A stretch of 5,355 nt of DNA from Escherichia coli (lineage in GTDB: Bacteria > Pseudomonadota > Gammaproteobacteria > Enterobacterales > Enterobacteriaceae). Each line of letters begins with the position of its first letter. The first letter of the stretch is position 1. Under the pieces are notes generated by a model. The model was given only the letters and a program-made list of their open reading frames with translations. It ran no database searches and was not told where the DNA came from. Below, one piece after another: positions 1 to 5,355 of the stretch. The stretch lies in the NCBI RefSeq assembly GCF_003334255.1, contig NZ_QOWU01000105.1. The stretch is one strand, 5' to 3'. The translations under genes and the position numbers were made by a program.

Positions 1-105
1 AGTTATCGTGAGAGTAATTCATCGGCACGTTAAATCATATCAGGCGTAATACCACAACCCTTAAGTTAGCGCTTATGGGATAATTCCCCGGTTTTTTTAC
101 GCCTG

Positions 106-2295
106 TTAATCAGCTAATGGCTGCGGGCGACCAATCAAATACCCTTGCAGATATTGCACCCCGAGCTTATGCAATAGCGCCTGCTGCTGTTGCGTCTCGA
201 CAAACTCCGCGACCACACTCAATGACTTCGCTTTCGCCAGATCGGTAATTGATCTCACAATCATCGCATCCAGCGTGTTCGTGACAATATCTTTCACAAA
301 GACGCCATCAATTTTGATGATATCAGCCTGCAAACGCTTTAACCGTTCGTAGTTGGCATATCCGGTGCCAAAGTCATCAATCGCAATCCGGAAACCAAAC
401 TTATGCAGCTGCTCGATGTTGTACATGCTGCTTTCTGCGTTAGAAAACGCCTGCTCCTCGGTGATCTCAAGAATGACCGCCTGCGGGGAGATGTGATAAC
501 GCTTAAACAGACGAATAATCCGCCCGGCAATATTCTTTTGCAGCAGCGTGAGCGGCATTAAATTGACTGAAAAGCGCGGTCCTTTTTTGTCGCAAGGGTG
601 TGTTGCCAGCCACTTCAACAAGGATTCCAGCACTTGCAAATCAAAACGCGCGCTAAGGTTAAACTGAGCAATAAGGGGCAGAAACTTATCCGGGGTCATA
701 ATGCCGCCGTCATATTTCAGTCGCGCGAGGATCTCATCATAACCTTCACCCTCTTTGTTGCGAATTGGCTGGGCGTAGAGCAGCAAATCACCCTGATCTA
801 ACGCCGTGCGAATGGTATTCAGCAATAGCACCTGTTTAGTGGTCTGCCCGGAAACCATCTCCTCTCTGCTATCCAGCGCCAGCACATGATGATGTGCGCA
901 GGATTGCTCCGCCAGCCAGCTTAACTGCCCCAACAAGGGTTGCAGGGTTTCCTGATTTCCATCAAAACGCCCCCAGGCAGCACCATAGCCCATATCCAGC
1001 CCGGTATTGTTCCAGTGAATTTGCCGACTATTCAGGATGTTAACCATATGCTGGAGTCGCCCTTCCGTTTCCGGCCCGCTCAGCACTAACAGCAGTTCAC
1101 TACCCGGCAATTGATACAACTTTTCGTTTTCCTGCATCAACGGCAGCAGCGTACGGCAAATTGAGCGGATACAGTGAACGCGCATCATTAAGCCGTAATG
1201 ACGACTCATAAACTCAAGATTATCAATGCGCAGGCAGCAAAAACTCTTGCCCGCCTCTTGCTCCGGCGCTTGTTCCAACGCACGAAAGTTGGGTAGGAGC
1301 GTTAACGGATCTGTCAGCGCCTGCAAATGCCAGCGGCGATTAAGCCATTCACTGCGATGATAAATGCGCACCATATAGAGCAGGCAAACGCTAAAGGAAA
1401 TCAGCACCGCAAGAATAAATGCCAGCGAATATTCGGTTTCCACCCCTTGCAAAAAGTTCTGGTTGTAATTCAGAAGGCAAAGCGTTGAAACAGCCCAGGT
1501 GAGATTTAAAAACGGATAGCGAAGCTTACCGACCCCGAGGGTAAAGATGATGAAGAAAACGGGTACCAGGTAACCGGCAATAAAGTCGTTTTCATAAGGT
1601 GTGCACAACAGAAGTAGCAGCACGCTTAACGCTGCCAGCCAGCTTAAGGTAAATGCGCGTTTCTCTTTGCCCAACGACGGAGCGATATCCCTGCGCCACA
1701 ATATCTGCGCAAAGTGGGGACTTACAATCATGCGAGTGAGATAGTAGAAAAGCATGTTGTAAATCAGCACAGCGGTGAAAAGGCTTAGCAAATCAACGAC
1801 CGTGAAAATGGCATCCGCATCGCCGAAAAAGGTGGATATCTTTAGCGGGAAATCAAAGAAGCTCCCCACAAGATACATGCTGCATTTGATGCCGATCGGC
1901 GTCACCAAACCAAGCCAGAACAGACGTTGCCAGACATATCGGCTGGTCAATCCATAACGCCAACGCGTCCCCAGCTGCCAGCGTAATATTGCGCAGGCAC
2001 ACAACACGACAAACGTCTGGCTACCGAGCATGACCGCAGTCTGTAAAAAAGAGAGATGAAAGTTCCACAGATTGGTGCAAAACATCCCGCATAAAACGGG
2101 AACGACACCGCGCCAGCCAAAGATAAACAAGATTGACAGCATTACGCACAGTGGCATCCACGCCAGAAAGATATAACTGGAATGGATAATGGCAAGTGGC
2201 GAAATAAAACGGGATAGCTGAATAAGTACCACGGTGAGCGTAAACGCTAGTGTGAATATCTTGATATTTTTTATCAGGTTATGCTCCACAAACAT
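106..2295 (-). CDS. pdeA: Cyclic-di-GMP phosphodiesterase PdeA (YfeA): N-terminal MASE1-type integral membrane sensor region, degenerate GGDEF-like middle domain, C-terminal EAL domain
   Basis: Minus-strand ORF 106..2412 in the track. The N-terminal half is strongly hydrophobic (e.g. IFTLAFTLTVVLIQLSRFISPLAII, LCVMLSILFIFGW), consistent with multiple TM helices. The C-terminus carries EAL-domain signatures: QPI...GEGYDEILARL (E-I-L in the EAL position), EITE, DDFGTGYANYERLKRL, KIDGVFV, VAEFVETQQQ. No intact GG[DE]EF motif is visible in the middle region. Stop TAA at 106-108 (plus-strand tta). I place the start at ATG 2293-2295 (MFVEHNL...), giving 729 aa, which matches my recollection of E. 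coli K-12 YfeA. The track ORF extends to a GTG at 2410-2412 and there is another in-frame ATG at 2353-2355; neither has a visible Shine-Dalgarno sequence. Confidence 0.85.
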   Translation of the reverse strand: MFVEHNLIKNIKIFTLAFTLTVVLIQLSRFISPLAIIHSSYIFLAWMPLCVMLSILFIFGWRGVVPVLCGMFCTNLWNFHLSFLQTAVMLGSQTFVVLCACAILRWQLGTRWRYGLTSRYVWQRLFWLGLVTPIGIKCSMYLVGSFFDFPLKISTFFGDADAIFTVVDLLSLFTAVLIYNMLFYYLTRMIVSPHFAQILWRRDIAPSLGKEKRAFTLSWLAALSVLLLLLCTPYENDFIAGYLVPVFFIIFTLGVGKLRYPFLNLTWAVSTLCLLNYNQNFLQGVETEYSLAFILAVLISFSVCLLYMVRIYHRSEWLNRRWHLQALTDPLTLLPNFRALEQAPEQEAGKSFCCLRIDNLEFMSRHYGLMMRVHCIRSICRTLLPLMQENEKLYQLPGSELLLVLSGPETEGRLQHMVNILNSRQIHWNNTGLDMGYGAAWGRFDGNQETLQPLLGQLSWLAEQSCAHHHVLALDSREEMVSGQTTKQVLLLNTIRTALDQGDLLLYAQPIRNKEGEGYDEILARLKYDGGIMTPDKFLPLIAQFNLSARFDLQVLESLLKWLATHPCDKKGPRFSVNLMPLTLLQKNIAGRIIRLFKRYHISPQAVILEITEEQAFSNAESSMYNIEQLHKFGFRIAIDDFGTGYANYERLKRLQADIIKIDGVFVKDIVTNTLDAMIVRSITDLAKAKSLSVVAEFVETQQQQALLHKLGVQYLQGYLIGRPQPLAD

Positions 2296-2336
2296 GAGTA
2301 CACTACTCTCACTGATCGGGGTTTTCAGGCACACAA

Positions 2337-2365
2337 ATAATAAGTTTATTCGCATCGCGAAGCAA
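2337..2365 (-). promoter_or_regulatory. Candidate sigma70 promoter for pdeA (TTGCTT - 17 nt - TATTAT, read on the minus strand)
   Basis: Reverse complement of 2337..2365 reads TTGCTT cgcgatgcgaataaact TATTAT. It would place the transcription start about 35 nt upstream of the ATG at 2295, and its -10 lies inside the longer GTG/ATG-extended ORF, which argues for the 2295 start. The -35 is weak; this is a sequence match only. Confidence 0.2.
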
Positions 2366-2468
2366 ACAGGGGGCCAGCCTGTTGCCGATTTTTCATCCAA
2401 TGATGCTTTCACCAGGCGGCACTAACCCGGACGTAGACTGTATTACAAAAGCGGCAAAAAGCAGAGAC

Positions 2469-2494
2469 AAAAAACCCCCGCTTTGCAGCGAGGG
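2469..2494 (-). terminator. Rho-independent terminator downstream of tRNA-Ala
   Basis: Read on the minus strand: CCCTCGC tgcaaa GCGGGGG followed by TTTTTTGTCTCTGCTTTTT. This is a GC-rich 7-bp stem with one mismatch, then a U-tract, starting about 10 nt after the tRNA 3' CCA. It also insulates the pdeA promoter region from tRNA read-through. Confidence 0.5.
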
Positions 2495-2503
2495 TTGGAA
2501 ATT

Positions 2504-2579
<76 letters not shown>

Positions 2580-2611
2580 GTCACGTAAAGCTTGTCGAGT
2601 TGACGGGCGGC

Positions 2612-2640
2612 ATCATATGAATTCCGCCCGAATGTGTCAA
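2612..2640 (-). promoter_or_regulatory. Stable-RNA-type sigma70 promoter for tRNA-Ala (TTGACA - 17 nt - TATGAT, with GC-rich discriminator)
   Basis: Reverse complement of 2612..2640 reads TTGACA cattcgggcggaattca TATGAT, followed by GCCGCCC. That is a perfect consensus -35, 17-nt spacer, 5/6 -10 and the GC-rich discriminator typical of stringently controlled rRNA/tRNA promoters. The predicted start is about 25 nt upstream of the mature tRNA 5' end at 2579. Confidence 0.55.
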
Positions 2641-2750
2641 CGGCAAATTGCAACGTGTAGTTTCAATCGCTGAAAAATCAGGCAAATGAACAATTTTGGA
2701 AAACCGCTCGCATTCAGTAGTTATTCATGTCACGGTTTCCTGTAAAGTGG

Positions 2751-2759
2751 TGTTATAAA
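2751..2759 (+). promoter_or_regulatory. Candidate extended -10 promoter element for yfeC-yfeD (TGtTATAAA)
   Basis: Plus-strand 2751..2759 reads TG t TATAAA, an extended -10 (TGn + 5/6 match to TATAAT), about 55 nt upstream of the yfeC ATG. There is no good -35 at 16-18 nt spacing, which an extended -10 can tolerate. Sequence match only. Confidence 0.3.
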
Positions 2760-2814
2760 ATGAACTACTAATAGACCCACATACATTCAGGGAATTGTTA
2801 TGTTCAAGGAGAGG

Positions 2815-3159
2815 ATGACACCAGATGAACTTGCCAGACTGACCGGCTATAGCCGCCAGACCATTAATAAATGGGTACGCAAGGAAGGCTGGACAACGTC
2901 ACCAAAACCTGGCGTCCAGGGTGGCAAAGCCCGACTGGTTCACGTCAATGAACAGGTTCGTGAATATATTCGCAATGCTGAACGTCCAGAAGGTCAGGGA
3001 GAAGCGCCTGCCCTTTCTGGTGATGCGCCGCTTGAAGTATTGCTGGTGACACTGGCGAAAGAGATGACGCCAGTTGAACAAAAACAGTTTACATCCTTGC
3101 TTCTGCGGGAAGGGATTATCGGATTGTTACAACGCTTAGGGATTCGCGATAGCAAATAA
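2815..3159 (+). CDS. yfeC: YfeC, small putative DNA-binding protein (DUF1323-type, HTH-like N-terminus), function uncharacterised
   Basis: ORF 2800..3159 in the track. The protein MTPDELARLTGYSRQTINKWVRKEGW... has an HTH-like N-terminus (ELARLTGYSRQTINKWV) and clear paralogy to the downstream ORF. I place the start at ATG 2815, preceded by AAGGAG at 2806-2811, giving 114 aa as I recall for E. coli YfeC. An alternative in-frame ATG at 2800 (preceded by AGGGA at 2789-2793) would add MFKER. Stop TAA at 3157-3159. Confidence 0.8.
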   Translation: MTPDELARLTGYSRQTINKWVRKEGWTTSPKPGVQGGKARLVHVNEQVREYIRNAERPEGQGEAPALSGDAPLEVLLVTLAKEMTPVEQKQFTSLLLREGIIGLLQRLGIRDSK

Positions 3160-3160
3160 T

Positions 3161-3553
3161 ATGAAAAGATTACGCAATAAAATGACCACCGAAGAACTGG
3201 CTGAATGCCTCGGTGTGGCTAAACAAACTGTTAACCGTTGGATCAGAGAAAAAGGCTGGAAAACGGAAAAATTTCCCGGCGTGAAAGGCGGTCGTGCCAG
3301 ACTTATTCTGGTCGATACGCAAGTTTGCGAGTTTATTCAGAACACGCCAGCCTTCCATAACACACCAATGTTGATGGAAGCTGAAGAGAGAATTGCTGAA
3401 TACGCTCCTGGAGCACGCGCCCCGGCGTATCGACAAATCATCAACGCGATAGATAATATGACAGACATTGAGCAGGAAAAAGTCGCGCAATTTTTGTCAC
3501 GTGAAGGAATTCGCAATTTCCTCGCCCGTCTCGATATTGACGAATCAGCATAA
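3161..3553 (+). CDS. yfeD: YfeD, small putative DNA-binding protein, paralog of YfeC, function uncharacterised
   Basis: ORF 3161..3553 (130 aa) starts 1 nt after the yfeC stop (taa t ATG), suggesting an operon with translational coupling. The N-terminal region MTTEELAECLGVAKQTVNRWIREKGWKTEKFPGVKGGRARLILVDTQVCEFI is about half identical by eye to YfeC MTPDELARLTGYSRQTINKWVRKEGWTTSPKPGVQGGKARLVHVNEQVREYI. The C-terminal REGI..L.RL.I segment is also shared. Stop TAA at 3551-3553. Confidence 0.85.
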   Translation: MKRLRNKMTTEELAECLGVAKQTVNRWIREKGWKTEKFPGVKGGRARLILVDTQVCEFIQNTPAFHNTPMLMEAEERIAEYAPGARAPAYRQIINAIDNMTDIEQEKVAQFLSREGIRNFLARLDIDESA

Positions 3554-3558
3554 ATAAA

Positions 3559-3596
3559 AAACGGCAGGATATTATCTCCTGCCGTTTATCTTTTTA
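3559..3596. terminator. Bidirectional rho-independent terminator between convergent yfeD (+) and gltX (-)
   Basis: Perfect 9-bp stem ACGGCAGGA (3561-3569) / TCCTGCCGT (3577-3585) with a 7-nt loop. It is flanked by an A-tract (aaataaaaaa, 3552-3560) on the left and a T-rich tract (ttatcttttt, 3586-3595) on the right, so either strand yields hairpin plus U-tract. It sits 5 nt after the yfeD stop and about 10 nt after the gltX stop. Confidence 0.7.
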
Positions 3597-3604
3597 CACG
3601 CTAA

Positions 3605-5020
3605 TTACTGCTGATTTTCGCGTTCAGCAATAAAATCCAGCGCTTTGTTGATACGCTCGATACTGCGGGTCTTACCAATTGCGTGAACGGTAACATCCAG
3701 TGCTGGAGACTGCCCCGCACCGGTTACGGCGACACGCAGCGGCATACCAACTTTACCCATACCCACTTCCAGCTCATCCGCCGTCGCCTGAATAGCGTGA
3801 TGAACGTTTTCAGCGGTCCAGTCAGTAATCGCGGCCAGTTTGTCACGAACCACTTCCAGCGGCTGACGCGCTACCGGACGCAGATGTTTTTTCGCGGCGT
3901 CGGCATCGAACTCAGCAAAATCTTCGTAGAAATAACGGCAGCTCTGTGCCATCTCTTTCAGCGTCTTGCAGCGTTCGCCCAGCAGTTTCACCAGATCAGC
4001 CAGCTGCGGGCCGTTACGGGTATCGATATTTTCCTGCTCAATGTGCCACTGTAAGTGAGTAGCAACATACTCCGGCGGCAGCGCGTTAATGTAGTGATGG
4101 TTCAGCCACAGCAGCTTGTCGGTGTTGAACGCACTGGCAGATTTGCTGACGGCATTCAAAGTGAAGTATTTGATCATCTCTTCACGAGTGAAGATTTCCT
4201 GATCGCCGTGGGACCAGCCCAGACGCACCAGATAGTTCAGCAGTGCTTCTGGCAAATAACCGTCATCACGATACTGCATTACGCTGACTGCCCCGTGACG
4301 TTTGGACAGTTTTTTACCGTCATCGCCATTGATCATAGAAACGTGCGCGTAAACCGGCACCGGCGCTTTCAGGGCCTTAAGAATGTTGATCTGGCGTGGC
4401 GTGTTGTTGATATGGTCTTCGCCACGGATAACGTGGGTGATTTCCATATCCCAGTCATCGACAACCACACAGAAGTTATAGGTTGGGGAACCATCGGTAC
4501 GGCGGATAATAAGATCGTCCAGTTCCTGGTTGCTGAACTCGATCGGACCACGGATCTGATCGTCAAAAACAACAGAACCTTCCTGCGGGTTAGCAAAACG
4601 TACAACACACGGTTCATCATCAGCATGATGCTCATGGCTGTGGCGGCAGCGACCGTCATAACGCGGCTTCTCACCTTTCGCCATTTGCTCTTCGCGCAGC
4701 GCTTCCAGGCGCTCTTTAGAGCAATAGCATTTATAAGCAGTGCCCTCTTCCAGCATCTGATCGATCACCGCGTTGTAGCGATCAAAACGTTTGGTCTGGT
4801 AGTACGGACCTTCATCCCACTCCAGGCTCAGCCAGTTCATGCCATCCATAATGGCTTCGATAGCTTCCGGCGTGGAACGCTCAAGATCGGTGTCTTCAAT
4901 ACGCAGCACGAACTCACCGCCGTGGTTACGTGCAAAAAGCCAGGAGTAAAGAGCAGTACGCGCGCCGCCAACGTGCAGATAGCCTGTTGGGCTTGGCGCG
5001 AAGCGAGTTTTGATTTTCAT
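3605..5020 (-). CDS. gltX: Glutamyl-tRNA synthetase (GluRS), class I aminoacyl-tRNA synthetase
   Basis: Minus-strand ORF of 471 aa, [49 protein letters not shown]... It has the class I HIGH-type motif (HVGG), the KMSKS-type motif (KLSKR), and a Cys/His cluster (YKCYCS ... GRCRHSHEH) consistent with the known zinc-binding site of E. coli GluRS. Start ATG at 5018-5020, stop TAA at 3605-3607. The sequence matches E. coli GltX as I recall it. Confidence 0.97.
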
Positions 5021-5085
5021 GAAATGGCCTTACGTTTAGAAAGATGCCGACAACCGGCAAATCCTGGAAAAATTAAGTGGGCGAT

Positions 5086-5113
5086 ATTCTATCACTCCCG
5101 CCTGATTCCTCAA
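5086..5113 (-). promoter_or_regulatory. Candidate sigma70 promoter for gltX (TTGAGG - 16 nt - TAGAAT, read on the minus strand)
   Basis: Reverse complement of 5086..5113 reads TTGAGG aatcaggcgggagtga TAGAAT, about 65 nt upstream of the gltX ATG. gltX is known to have several promoters in the gltX-valU intergenic region; I cannot say which one, if any, this corresponds to. Sequence match only. Confidence 0.3.
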
Positions 5114-5233
5114 TGTAGTTCGGGTTTCTACCTTACGCATTATTGTTTTCGTTGACAAATTGCGCAACACGGTCTGTTTTGCGATCATCTTGCTTAAATT
5201 TACGACGAACGAACAATTTCTTTAGAAAATGCG

Positions 5234-5261
5234 TTGACTCATTTTGAACTCTCCCTATAAT
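5234..5261 (+). promoter_or_regulatory. Stable-RNA-type sigma70 promoter for the valU tRNA operon (TTGACT - 16 nt - TATAAT)
   Basis: Plus strand: TTGACT (5234-5239), 16-nt spacer cattttgaactctccc, TATAAT (5256-5261, perfect -10), then GCGACTCC. The predicted start is about 10 nt before the mature tRNA-Val 5' end at 5279. An AT-rich tract (aacaatttctttagaaaat, about 5212-5230) lies immediately upstream, in the position of an UP element or Fis site. Confidence 0.6.
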
Positions 5262-5278
5262 GCGACTCCACACAGCGG

Positions 5279-5354
5279 GGGTGATTAGCTCAGCTGGGAG
5301 AGCACCTCCCTTACAAGGAGGGGGTCGGCGGTTCGATCCCGTCATCACCCACCA
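5279..5354 (+). tRNA. valU: tRNA-Val (anticodon UAC), 76 nt with encoded CCA; first gene of the valU tRNA operon
   Basis: GGGTGATTAGCTCAGCTGGGAGAGCACCTCCCTTACAAGGAGGGGGTCGGCGGTTCGATCCCGTCATCACCCACCA. It has an acceptor stem GGGTGAT/ATCACCC, D-arm GCTC/GAGC, anticodon stem CCTCC/GGAGG with loop CTTACAA (anticodon TAC), T-arm GGTTCGATCC and a 3' CCA. It matches E. coli tRNA-Val(UAC) from memory. Confidence 0.95.
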
Positions 5355-5355
5355 C

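Noticed and set aside
1-105. A C-terminal fragment of an upstream plus-strand gene (frame 1 stops at 31-33, frame 2 at 46-48)
   Set aside because: The fragment is at most about 15 codons and carries no recognisable motif. It cannot be supported from this window alone, although the T-run at 91-97 is consistent with a plus-strand gene terminating just upstream.
339-1957. Short ORFs inside pdeA (339..530 -, 598..801 +, 1775..1957 +)
   Set aside because: All are nested within or antisense to the pdeA reading frame, with no independent signals.
106-2412. The full 768-aa pdeA ORF starting at GTG 2412
   Set aside because: No Shine-Dalgarno sequence precedes the GTG or the next ATG at 2355. The extra 39 residues are not part of the hydrophobic MASE1-like region, and a candidate -10 lies inside the extension. 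I call the start at ATG 2295, with the caveat noted in the features.
2899-3490. Minus-strand ORFs of 60 aa and 106 aa
   Set aside because: They are antisense to yfeC and yfeD respectively, and the sense-strand proteins are supported by paralogy and operon structure.
3683-4054. 123-aa plus-strand ORF
   Set aside because: Antisense to the gltX 3' half, with no Shine-Dalgarno sequence or promoter, and low-complexity Arg/Thr-rich content. Artefact.
4369-4674. 101-aa minus-strand ORF
   Set aside because: An alternative frame inside gltX on the same strand. It is Arg/Ser/Thr-rich with no motifs. Artefact.
4055-5155. 366-aa plus-strand ORF
   Set aside because: It lies entirely antisense to gltX, whose product is unmistakable, and it runs on into the gltX promoter region. 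The protein has no recognisable motifs and the composition of a frame-shifted mirror of a real gene. It is a typical long antisense ORF artefact.
5133-5348. 71-aa minus-strand ORF
   Set aside because: It overlaps the valU promoter and the tRNA-Val gene on the opposite strand. A non-coding region is the better explanation.

Overview
This window reads as a conserved Escherichia coli-type (Enterobacteriaceae) core chromosomal segment, not an accessory island. Gene order is pdeA/yfeA (-), tRNA-Ala(GGC) (-), yfeC (+), yfeD (+), gltX (-), tRNA-Val(UAC) valU (+). I could support three housekeeping or signalling CDSs, two small paralogous HTH-like CDSs of unknown function, two complete tRNA genes, two intrinsic terminators and several sigma70-type promoters. 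Every long ORF in the track is accounted for by these genes or is an antisense or overlapping artefact. I found no integrase, transposase, CRISPR array, toxin-antitoxin pair or defence-system signature, so I do not claim a novel system here. The items most worth a second look are the uncharacterised, apparently translationally coupled yfeC-yfeD pair, the single rather than tandem tRNA-Ala copy, the E-I-L variant of the EAL motif in pdeA, and the divergent stable-RNA/gltX control regions. All calls come from reading the sequence and from recalled knowledge of E. coli; no database search was run.
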